Shown one piece after another: positions 11,230-22,340 of a stretch of 64,000 nucleotides of DNA. The position numbers were made by a program, and so were the translations under genes. A model generated the notes under the pieces. That model was not told where the DNA came from. It did not search any database and saw only the letters and a program-made list of their open reading frames with translations. Every line of letters starts with the position of its first letter. Position 1 is the first letter of the stretch. The stretch lies in contig CM075994.1 of the NCBI GenBank assembly GCA_038087875.1, forward strand, positions 1,552,001 through 1,616,000, written 5' to 3'. The stretch is from Malacoraja senta (lineage: Eukaryota).

Positions 11230-14200
11230 CAATAATAGTGTAATAAAATAGTCTATTGTAGTTCAGAGCTTATTGTAGTGTTTAATAGCCTGATGGCTGT
11301 AGGGAAGAAGCTGTTCCTGAACATTATAGTTTTCAGGCTCCTGTACCTTCTTCCCGATGGCAGTGGTGAAATGAGCGTGTGGCCAGGATGGTGTGGGTCT
11401 CTGATCATGCTGGCAGCCTTTTTGAGGCAGCGACTCCGATAAATCCCTTCGATGGTGGGGAGGTCAAAGCCGGTGATGGACTGGGCAGTGTTCACAACTT
11501 ATTGCAGTCTTTCTGCTCCTGGACGTTCAGGTTGCTGAACCAGGCCATGATGCAACCAGTCAACATGCTCTCTACTGTACACCTGTAGAAGTTCAAGAGA
11601 ATCCTCTTTGACAGACCAAATCTCCTTAATCTTCTCAGGAGGTAGGGGCATTGATGTCCTTTATTTATAATTGCATCAGTGTGCTTGGTCCAGGAAAGAT
11701 CTTCGGAAATATGCACGCCCAAGAATTTAAAGTTTTTGACTCTCCACCATGTTGATATAAACAGGATTGTGGATGCTCATCCTTCCTCTTCCAAAGTCCA
11801 CAATCAGTTCATTGGTTTTACTGATATCGAGAGGATGGGAACCTCAGACCTCAGTAGTGAGAGGTTGAAAATATCCGCAAAAACCCCAGCCAGTTGGTCT
11901 GCACAGGTTTTGAGAACGCGACCGGGTATATCATCAGATCCAGGCGCTTTCCGAGGGTTCACCCCCTGAAGGATCTTCTGACGTCTTCCTCTGTGACTGT
12001 AATACCATCAGGGCATATGGAGGCTTGGGAAGGCACATCAGTGTTCTCCCTTTCAAAGCGCAGGGAGTGATTCTTCGCTGTCGCTTGAGCTGCCTCCTGG
12101 TGTCGCCTTGTAGGAGGTGATGGCATTCAAGCCCTGCCACAGTTGCAGAACATCCGCTCCAGCTTTGAGCGGAAGTCCCTTTTGGCCTTTTTGATGGCCT
12201 TGTCAAGGTCATATCTGGACTTCTTATAGACCTCTATGTCACCACACCTGAATGCCGGGATCAGATCCTCAAAAGAATGCGGATATCCCGGTTCATCCAA
12301 GGCTTTTGGTTAACATTTCCTGGAAGTCTGTAATGACTGGCGTATTCATTCAGGTCCATTGCCGTCCTTGAACATTGCCCAATCTACTGACTCCAAGCAG
12401 TCCTGTAGATGTTCCTCTGCCTCCCCAGACCAGCTCTGTGCAGTACTCACCTCTGGGGGTGCGCTCTTCAGTTGCTGCCTATATGCAGAAAGAAGCAGCA
12501 CTGCTGAATGGTTGGATTCAGGGATAGAGGGCGAGGGATATAGAGATAGGAATCCTTGATGGTCGTATATCAGTGGTCAAGGGTGTTTAATCCTCTGGTG
12601 CTGCAGGAGGCATATTTATGGTAGTTTGGGAGTGATTTTTTTCAGGTTGGCTTTGTTGAAGTCCCCGGCTATGGTGGTAAACGCTTCGGGGTACGCTGTC
12701 TGGTGCTTGACGAGTGGTGGCGCCATTGAGTGGCTGCTTCGCCTGCAGCTGTCTGTCCATTCATTCATTTTGTTATTTTTAGTCTGTTTTAAAGTTTGTT
12801 TTTGGAGGTCTTTTAGTCTTTTTTATGTAGGGGAGGGGGAAACTGTTTTATCTTAGTGACTTCCTGGTCGAGGATGTGACTATTCTCCGAACCGCATCTT
12901 CGCCCCCTCCTCGCGGCGTACCATCTGGATTGGCGCGGCCTTTCCTGCCGGAGACCGGCCAGTGCTTCAGCTTCAGCAGCGGCGCAGCACTGGATTCCAT
13001 CGCGGAGCGAGCGATGCCTTACCGGGAATCGCCGTGTTGGAGCTGCAGAGTGCTGGGACTGCCGACTTTGAATACCGTGGAGCTGTGGTCTGCGGAGCTT
13101 TCAGCCGCTGGCGGCGCTGACTTTGACATCGCGGAGCCTGGGATCTCTCGCCGAGGTAGCCAGAGTTGAATCTCGGCCTGTGGACTTCGGAAGCCGCGGT
13201 CTCCGGTAGGAAGCGGACGATTCGGAGGCTCTGGGCCGCTGAGAATGTTCTTCCGTTCGAGGGCCTGAAACAAACATCGGGCCACCGTTGCAGCGACTGT
13301 GGAGGCCTTAATAGGCCCCGACCACAGGTGAACAGAGGAAGAGGACTGAACTTTGGTGCCTTCCCTCACAGTGGGAAACGTTGATGATTCCGTTGTGGGG
13401 GGAAGTGTTTTATGTTAAATTCTAAAGTGTTGTGTTGATCTTATTTGTGTGCTGCATGGTAACTCAAATTTCACTGCACCAATTGGTGTATGTGACAATA
13501 AATGTCCTTTGTCCTTGTCCTTGTTGACCACGGCGTGCAGCTCCTCCAATGCTAGACGGACGACTGCCTGGGGTGGGATGTAGACCATGGTCAGAATGAT
13601 GGAGGTGAATTTCCTCGGGAGATAGAAGGGGCGGCATTTCACCGCCAGATGTTCCAGGTGCGGAGAGCAAGAGTTAGACAGAACTGCCACTTCTGAGCAC
13701 CACGAATAGTTGATCATGAGGCGGATGCCCCCGCCTTTCCCTTTCCCAGATGTCTACGTACGATCCACACGGTGGATGGAGAATCCTTCAGGCTGGACAG
13801 CTGAGTCCGGGGGTCTGGGGGTGAGCCATGTCTCTGTGAAACAGAACACAGAACATTCCCTCAGCTCCCTTTGGTAAAGCAGCCTTGTCCTTACGTCCTC
13901 CACTTTATTTTCCAGTGATTGTACATTGGCCGATAGGATGGTAGGGAGAGGGTGTCGTGGTCCCCTGCGCTTCAGTCTGACTTGTAGTCCTGCCCGCCGG
14001 CTGCGTTTCCAGACACAATGGAGGCCTCCCGAGTGTTTCCAGGTACAGTACTTGCTGTTCCTACGACGCTCCACCAGATCTAGGATTCCCCTTGCATCGG
14101 GAATTTCCTTACAGTCGGCAGCTCCGTTGCTGTCGGTAGACCGCAGTAGCGCTAATGCGTTTAAATGCATGAGCAGCTTGCCAGTTGCATCGCTGGTTTC

Positions 14201-14293
14201 TGCTGTTTCTTTTATACAGGTAAGCTGAGAACTTATATTTGATGATTTTCTGCTGTGCTGCTGGCAACATGTCGCCACAGACAGGCGCCATCT
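11230..14293 (-). mobile_element. Degenerate, internally deleted Rex1/Babar-type LINE
   Basis: 5' end CCAAGATGGCGCC; endonuclease motifs (ANVQSLENK, FCFTETWL, CRPFYLP..VYIPP); RT C-terminus (GVHISEDLSW, FYRCTVES, HPGHTLISPLPSGRRYRS). Confidence 0.8.
12712..13522 (+). mobile_element. GC-rich non-autonomous retroelement nested in the Rex/Babar LINE
   Basis: Interrupts the LINE endonuclease region; homologous to copies at ~21.5, ~35-36.9 and ~61.1 kb; ends GTGACAATAAA followed by (TGTCCT)n. Confidence 0.7.
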
Positions 14294-16036
14294 TGGTTTT
14301 AAGCGTTTACTAGCATTGTTAGGCTACAATGCTGAGAACTATATTCTGCACACTGTATTTCTCTTCGCTCTTCCCATTGTACTTAGGTTTGGCTTAATTG
14401 TACAGGTCCAACACCGATTTTCCAGCAACTGGTGGTCCGGCACCTCCTTTAATTACAAAAGTGCACTTGGTCAGGGAACAGCTCAGCCCAAGACCACAAG
14501 AAACTGCAGAAAACTGGATGGTGCACAATGCAATCAGACAATATGGGCGAGGGAACGGTTGAGGCAGCTGATGGGGAGAAGCAAAGTTGTGAAATTGGAC
14601 ATTAATTTGCAAAATTATTGATGCAGCTTTCAAACCCAGCTTGGAAGTGCAATAAGGATAAAGAAGGCATTCTCGCAGTGAGAAAAATATACTGCATAAT
14701 GCTGATGATGTGAAGTTTTAGAACAGGAATTGTCCCTTAATAATAACTAAGACAATATATGATATAATAAATAAGACTATATAATAATATATTAGTTTTT
14801 AGTTTTGGAGGTACAGCGCGGAAACAGGCCATTCGGCCCACGGGTCCATGCCGACCAGCGATCCCCACACATTAACACTATCCTACACCCACAAGGGACA
14901 ATTTTTACATTTATCAAGCCAATTAACCTACAAACCTGTACGTTTTTGGAGTAAATAATAATTAGGATTAATAATAATAATCCCTTAAGAATAAAGTGGC
15001 TGATAGATATTTACAAGTTTGTAAATGGAGATTTATTCAACACCACTGGCTGAAGGGAGAGATTCCAAACCTTTTTCAGGGTGGAAATGTCAAAGACTAG
15101 AGGGCATAGCTTTAAAGTGAGAGGGGCAAAGTTAAAAGGAGAAGTGCGGGGCAGGTTTTTTACACAGACGATGGTGGGTGCCTGGATCACACAGACTCGG
15201 GTGATGGTAGAGGCAGATATGATAGTGGCCTTTAAGTTGCCTTTCGATAGGCACATGGATATGCAGAGGGATATGGGACACGTGTAGGCAGAGGAGATTA
15301 GTTGATCTTTGGCCTACAATGTTTGGCATGGACATTGTGACAAAAGGCCTGTTCCTGTGCAGAACTGTTCTATGTTCTGGAGAGAAAGAAGGTGCTCTCT
15401 TGTACTGCATAGCGATGTGAAGTTTTAGAACAAGGCAAATTAGTTTAGTTTATCATCAGGAGGTACACAAAAATGCTGGAGAAACTCAGCGGGTGCAGCA
15501 GCATCTGTAGAGCGAAGGAAATAGGCAACGTTTCGGGTCGAAACCCTTCTTCAGACCATCCTCTCTCCTTAGTTTATCATCATGTGTACCAGGGTACAGT
15601 GAAGAGCACTTTTGTTACATGCTATCCAGTCAGCGGAAAGACGATACATGATTACAATCAAGCCATCCACATTGTACAGATAAAGGGAATAATGTTCAGT
15701 GCAGGGTAAAGTCTAATTAAAGATAGTCTGAGGGTCTCTAAGACCAAGTTCTGAAAGATGTTCATGAGATTGTAAATGGAGATTTATTTACCATCGGTTA
15801 AATGCAGCCACAATACCTAATACAGTTTGGCACGCTAAACAAAATATATTTGTGCCTGTGTTTGCATGGGATGGGCATAAATAATGTCAGGCTGCTGACT
15901 GATAGGGTATTAAAAGTCATCTTCACTAAATCGTACAAGTGGTTGCAAAACAAGGTGCAGGAATGTTTAAAAAGATTCTTTGTTTACCCAAGTTAGGATT
16001 AGAGATGGACATTTACTCAGTTGCCTTTTCTTTCAG

Positions 16037-16093
16037 CTAACGTATGTGCTGCTGGATATCGTACTCCAGGAAATGTTTCCTGAACTCAGTAAG
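16037..16093 (+). CDS. SNX14: Sorting nexin-14 penultimate coding exon (LTYVLLDIVLQEMFPELSK)
   Basis: tttcag|CTA...AAG|gtaagg; 57 nt; phase 0/0. Confidence 0.95.
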
Positions 16094-16162
16094 GTAAGGA
16101 GGCACAGTACGTCGAGTGTTTACGTGTCGAGTCTTGACAATATTATTGGGAACAACTTTTAG

Positions 16163-16460
16163 CAGCACGGTGGAACAGCAGTAGAGTTGCTGCCTTACAA
16201 CGCCAGAGACCCTGGTTCGATCCTGACTACGAGCGCTGTCTGCACGGAGTTTGTTCGTTCTCCCTTTGACTGTGTAGATTTTCTGCGGGTGTTCCGGTTT
16301 CCTCCTACATTCCAAAGACATACAGGTTTGTAGGTTAATTTGCTTCTGTAAGCTATACAATTGTCCCCAGTGTGAGTAGGTTAGTGTACAGGGTGATCGC
16401 TGTTCCGTGTGGACTTGGTGGGCCGAAGGGTCTGTTTCCGCGCTATATCTCTAAGTTTAA
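16163..16460 (+). mobile_element. tRNA-derived SINE (HE1/V-SINE-like)
   Basis: A-box-like head, B box GGTTCGATCC, V-domain GGAGTTTG..GTTCTCCC..GGTTTCCTCC and a CR1-like tail; many copies in the window. Confidence 0.8.
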
Positions 16461-17764
16461 AGCATGGGGTTGGAACTTGGAGCTCAGAGTCTGTAGTTGT
16501 GGTGCAGATTCCTTTGGGGACTTCAAGAGGTAACTAGACAAAGGAGGAGAGTTTGTCATGCTGTAGAGAAAGGACCTCGTACTCCCCTGGCAGAGGGCCA
16601 GCACAGACACGATGGGCTGAATGACCTCCCTCACTATACTGTAACCATTCAAAGATCTGAACTTTTGCGTTGAGTGTACCACCTGTCAAAAGTGCCTCAA
16701 CTGTTCCCAATGCGTATGAAAAATTTATTAGGATATTTTATTAAATTATAGAACTTTTCAGTAGTGAACTGGAAAGGACAGTTTCCCCTTTGAAAAGTCA
16801 TAGTCATACAGTGTGGAAACGGGCCCTTTGGCCCACACCGACGAACATATCCCATCTACACTAGTCCCACCTGCATATGTTTAGCCCATATCCCTCGACA
16901 CCTGTCCTATCCATGTACCTGTCTAATTGTTTCTTAAACATTGCATAGTACCTGCCTCAACTACCTCAACTGGCAGATTGTTTCATACACCAATCACCCT
17001 TGGTGTAAAAAAGGTACCCCTCAGGTTCCTATTAAATCTCTCTCACCCTCTTTAAACCTCTGGTTTTCTATTCTCCCTCACTGGGCAATCTATTCCTCTC
17101 ATGATCTTGTACACCTCTAGAAGATCATCCCTCAGCCTCTTGCGCTTCAGGGAATAGATTCCCAGCCTGCTCAACCTCTCCCTATAGCTCAAGCCCTCGA
17201 GTCCTGGCAACATCCTCGTAATCTTCTTTGCAGGTGCCTCGACTATTCTCAATGCACATGGAAAATGTATTTGGGTATTTTATTATATTGTAGAACGTTT
17301 CAGTGGTGAACTGGTAGGACTGTTTTTTCTATACATTTTCCACACAAAGGGTGTTGGGTGTATGGAACAAGCTGCCGGGGGAAGTAGTTGAAGCGGGTAC
17401 TATCACATCGTTTAAGAAACATTTGGAGAGGTACATGGATAGAACAGGTTTAGAGGGATATGGGCCAAAAGCAGGCAGGTGGGACTAGTGTAGATGAGAC
17501 ATGTTGGCCGTTGTGGGCAAGTTGGGCCGAAGGGCCTGTTTTCATGCTCTATGACTCTAATGTAGGAGGAGGGGAAGAAATAGATGCGAGTCCAGGTGGG
17601 CACAGGCGAGATGGGCGGGGGGGGGGGGGGGTGGAGAGTAAGAAGGGGAGGGTGTTCCCAGAGAAGCTGCCTGACCCGCTAAGTCACTCCAGCACTTTGC
17701 GTTCCATGTTATTAATCCGTTTGTGGGCTGTGGTTTTTTCTAAGTAATCTTCTGTGTGTTCCAG

Positions 17765-17803
17765 GTGCAGAAGGAGACTGGCTCTGCATCCACGTGGAAG
17801 TGA
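17765..17803 (+). CDS. SNX14: Sorting nexin-14 terminal coding exon (VQKETGSASTWK*)
   Basis: ttccag|GTG CAG AAG GAG...TGG AAG TGA; parallels the recalled human C-terminus VQKEVTSVTSWM*. Confidence 0.9.
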   Translation: MQKETGSASTWK

Positions 17804-18006
17804 AGAGTATTGAGATCCATTTCCTGTTACTCTAGGAGCTGGAGTGCAATAGAGCCAATCTGTGTATTTACCGCGGGGGAGTTTAATTATGTGCACGGAT
17901 TACCAAGTGATTTTAGTGGGACTGGTGTGAACGTGGACATAAGTTTTCCTTGAATGAAAACGCTGATCTTATTTCTGAACCTGTGTGTATTGCTCTGGGC
18001 AGCAAC

Positions 18007-18012
18007 AATAAA
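18007..18012 (+). promoter_or_regulatory. Candidate proximal SNX14 polyadenylation signal (AATAAA)
   Basis: AATAAA ~200 nt after the stop codon in unique sequence. Confidence 0.4.
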
Positions 18013-18400
18013 CAATGTGCATCATTGCACCACAGAAGCTCTGATGACTTTTATCGCTAGGTAGACCAAGATTGATTGCTCGGAGAACGCGGGTTTTGCA
18101 AACCGTTTTCTAACATGCCCAGTGCAGACCCTTGTTGCTGTGTGGACAATGTGCAGGCGTAACTCTGTGCTGTGGGCAAACAAGAATGACCTTGCAAGCA
18201 CTGGATTAAGAGATCAAACCAAAGGTCACTAGAGTGGTCTCAGTAGATTTTGGCCAGATCAGCACTCCCGGTATGAGCCGCAGGTGGACAATCTACTTTG
18301 TGTTCAACTGGATGAATGTGCATTTGCAGTAATGTGATGTGATTACAGTAATAACCTCAACTGTAAATAGCAACCCCCACACCACTGGATTCTCAATCAC

Positions 18401-18406
18401 AATAAA
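18401..18406 (+). promoter_or_regulatory. Candidate distal SNX14 polyadenylation signal (AATAAA)
   Basis: AATAAA close to the end of the repeat-free putative 3' UTR. Confidence 0.5.
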
Positions 18407-18543
18407 GACACTTCTGGCCAAATGGAGGGATGGTATTACAGCTGCAGTCCTAGAGTTACACAGCATGGAAATTGCTGCCCAACCTGGCCGTGCCTACCAA
18501 CATTCCCCATCTGCACTGCTTCCACCTGCCCGCATTTGGTCCA

Positions 18544-19125
18544 TCTATCTATATATTACTAAAACTCTCATCTTGTTTGTTTCTATGTCAAAACGGTACA
18601 CGATAGCGCTGCAATTTTTGGACCACCTTATTCACAATTGTCTTGTGGTGTCTTTTTATCAAGTTTCGTTCACATTGAGGTCATATTTTACAAGTTATTC
18701 ACATTTTCAACTTTACAAAACCCCACTTTGAGAAAAATTACTTGAACATTGCAGTGGCAGTTACAGCTATGACATCGCATTGAGATTGTAGCCCTGCCCT
18801 CTACAATGTTACAAATCCCAGGACACTGAGGCCTGGCAGCAAGTGCAAGTACAATTAGATTTTTTTTAAAGTCTAATGAGGGAGGGTAATTACGAGGAAA
18901 TGAGCTGCCCCTGCGCAGTTGGGGGCTATGGGTGAGTGCTGGAATATTGCGTTGGGGGAACGGGTGAGTGGTAGAATATTGCATTGGGGAATGGGTTGCG
19001 TTGGGGGACCACGCCTCCCATGGGGGTTATAGGCGAGTGGTCGAATACTGCGTTGGGGGAATGGGTTGCGTTGGGGGACCAGGCCTCCCGTGTGACAGGA
19101 ACCCAATGGGTTCCACTTGATCTAG
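18544..19125 (+). mobile_element. Non-autonomous Helitron
   Basis: 5' TC(TATCTATATATTACT), 3' CTAG, subterminal hairpin GGAACCCA-A-TGGGTTCC (19098-19114); inserted between A and T of a host repeat with no TSD. Confidence 0.85.
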
Positions 19126-21187
19126 TATCTCTCAAAACCTTTCCTCTCCATGTACCTGTCTATGTGCTGTTTAGTTAGTCATACTGCATGGAATCAGGCC
19201 CTTCAGGACAACTTGCCCACACCGACCAAGAAGCCCCATCAACACTGGTCCCACCTGCCTGCATTTTGCTCGTATCTCTAAACCTTACCTATCCATGAAC
19301 CAGTCCAAATTATCTTTTGAACACATATAGTACCTGCCTCAACTACCACCTCTGGCAGCTCGTTCCATATACCCACAACCCTCTAAGTGAAATGTCTTAG
19401 AACTATGTTTGTCTGAAAGTATTTCTCACCTAGGGTATCTATTACCATTCTTCATTGGAGCAGAATTAAGTCATTCGGCCCATTGAGTCTACTCTGCCAT
19501 TCAATCATGGCTGATCTATCTTGCCCTCTCAATCCCATTCTCCTGCCTTCTCCCCATAACCCCTGACACCCATACTAATCAAGAATCTGTCAATCTCCGC
19601 ATTAAAAATATCCATTGACTTGGCCATAGCCGTCTGTGGCAATAAATTACACAGATTTGCTGCCCTCGGACTAAAGAAATTCTTCCTCAACTCCTTTCCA
19701 AAGGTATGTCCTTTTATTCTGAGGCTATGGCCTAGACACACCCACTAGTGGAAACATCCTCTCCACATCCACTCTATCCAAGCCTTTCTTGACTTTGTTC
19801 TTCAAGTTAAAGTACAACCTTTGTAACACTTTAATACAAACACTGGATAAATAAAACAAAATCTCATCACTTCAGCGTGGCACAGCTGCTAGAGTTGCTG
19901 TCTCACAACGTTAGAGACCCAGGTTCGATCCTGACCTTGGGTGCTGTCAGTGTGGAGTTTGCACGTTCTCCCTGTGAGTGCGTGGGTTTACTCCGGGTGC
20001 CCACACATCCCAAAGGAATGTGGGTTTGTGGGTTAATTGGTAAAATTGTCCTAGTGTGAAGGAAGTGGATGAGAAAGTGGGATAACATAGAAACATGGAA
20101 CTGCAGATGCTGGTTTACAAAAAAAAGACACAAAGTGCTGGAAACGGAACACCACTTATCCATGTTCTCCAGAGATGCTGCCAGACCTGCCGAGTTACTC
20201 CAACACTGTGTCCTTTTTCGAATTAGTGGGAAAGGCTGAACGATGGTCGGCGTGGAAGGGCATGTTTCCATGCAGCATCATTAAATTAAACCTCAAGGGA
20301 ATATTCGGCCCATCACATCCATTCCAGCTACCGGGGAGCAATCTCATTCATCCCCTTCCCTCTCTCCTTATTCCTTTCCCTGCACTTTATTCCGCCGCAC
20401 ACTCATATTTCGATAAACTCCTTTGTCATCAACCTGCACTGGGGTAATTCACAGCGACCATTTATCCCAACAGCATGTGCATACAACTGGAGAACAGACT
20501 GGAGCACACGGAGGAAGCCTAGGGAGCGTGCAAACTCTGCAGAGACAACGGCCAAAGTCAGTTCTGAGCCCAGCCTGCTGCCACACAGACATCATTCTCA
20601 GAATGTTTCTGAATCGATGGTGTGCATTTATGTTCTTGATCCAAGCAGCGCTACGTTTCAGAGCCTGTGCCTGTACGGAAGCTTGTTTAAAGACGTTGGG
20701 GATTTTTAAGGTGGAGATTAATAGGTTCTTGATTAGTATGGGTGTCAAATATTTTGAGGAGATGGTAAGCGAATGGGATTGAGAGGGAAAGGTAAATCAA
20801 CCATGATTGAATGGCGGCGTAGAATCGATGGGCTGAATGGTCTAATGCTGCCCCTACGACTTATGAAGTTTAAATTTGAACCTCTTATTCTGCATGGGTA
20901 GCTTATAAGATCTGGGAGCAGAATAAGTTCATGGCTGATCTATCTTTCCCTCTCAACTCCATTCTCCTGCCCTCCATTTTAGCCCTGATGCCCTTGCTAA
21001 TCAAAAATCTTTCTATCTCTGCCTTAAAGATATCCATTGACTTGGCCTCCACAGAATCACCACCCTCTGACTAAAGAAATTCCTTCTCATTTCCTTTATT
21101 AAGGTACGTTCTTTTATTCTGAGACTTTGGCCTCTGGTCCTAGACTCTCCCAATAATGGAAACATCCTCTCCACATACACTATCCAG

Positions 21188-22340
21188 GCCTTACAACCCA
21201 ATGGTATAAATGTTGATTTCTCCAATTCTAGGTAAGCTCTAACACCCTTTTTCTCCCATGTGGCCCACTTGGACTTGCACATAGTTGTAGGTAACCTCTA
21301 ATACTCCCCCCCCCCCCCCCCCCCGGACAAGCACCGATTCCTCCCCTTTCACCTACATGGCTTCCTCTAGCTTCACAATTCACAACTCTTCATTCTTTTT
21401 GTATCACACCTTCTGTCTTGTCACCTCTGCCCTTTATCCAGCCATCTACCAAACAATCAGAATCACATTTTATTCGCCAAGTATGTTTTGCAACATACGA
21501 GGAATTTCATTGGCCAGGTTTCATTAAAAGCAACAGATCAGTCAAAAACACATTTTAACATGAACATCCACCACAGTGACTCTTACACATTCCTCACTGT
21601 GGTGGAAGGCGAAATAAAGTTCAAGTCCTTCCCTTAGTTCTTCCCGGTCGTGGGCCTCGCGCCCCCCTTTGACGGGACGATCTTCACTCCCGTAGCCGGC
21701 GGCATTCGGGCCCTCCACATCGAGGTGATCAAGCTCCCGCATCGGGGGGATATCAGCTCCCCCGCGCCGGGCGATCGAACCTCGCTTTGGGGCTGGTCGA
21801 ACCTTCTGCGACGTTGGAACTTCCCGTCTAGCCTCTCCGAAAGACTGCGAGCTTTTGATGGTAAGTCCGCGGTGGGAGCGATCCCAGGCAAGGGATCAGC
21901 TCCGATGTAAAGTCCGCGCCCCGCGATAGAGCTCAAAGTCAGTTCGAGGAGGCCTCCAGCTCCATCGAATGGAAGGCCGCAGAGCGCGCCAGAGAATGTG
22001 ATCCGAAAATTAATCACATCTCCGGCAGAACCTGAAAAAAGTTCCCCCCTCCCCCCTCCCCCCACATAAAACAAACCGAAGAACATTAAAACAAACTTTT
22101 AACACACTAAAAATAACAAAAAGAATGAAAAAACAAACAGACTGCTGACAGGGCAGCCATCTCCCTGGCACCCCTGGTAATTTGTCCCCCCTCACCAACA
22201 GTTCACCTGATATTTGCAAGACTTTCTACATCCCCCTTTACAATTAGTCTGAAGAAGGATCCTGATCCGAAACGCCACTTCCGAAATGTTCCCCAGGAAT
22301 GCTGACTGACCCGCTAAGCATTTTGTCTTGTCTTTTTAAA
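21188..22340 (+). mobile_element. Penelope-like 3' end (ORF terminus plus pLTR), interrupted by a GC-rich element
   Basis: LQPNGINVDFSNSR* at ~21190-21235, then a poly-C UTR; resumes at ~22185 and contains CTGAAGAAGGATCCTGATCCGAAAC (22249-22273). Confidence 0.65.
21457..22178 (-). mobile_element. GC-rich non-autonomous retroelement
   Basis: Aligns by eye along its full length to 61075-61768; the minus-strand tail is ..CATACTTGGCGAATAAAA-TGTGATTCTGATT. Confidence 0.7.

Noticed and set aside
16094..16162. Alternative SNX14 C-terminus from intron read-through (VRRHSTSSV...)
   Set aside because: There is a strong GTAAGG donor and a conserved downstream terminal exon; nothing supports intron retention.
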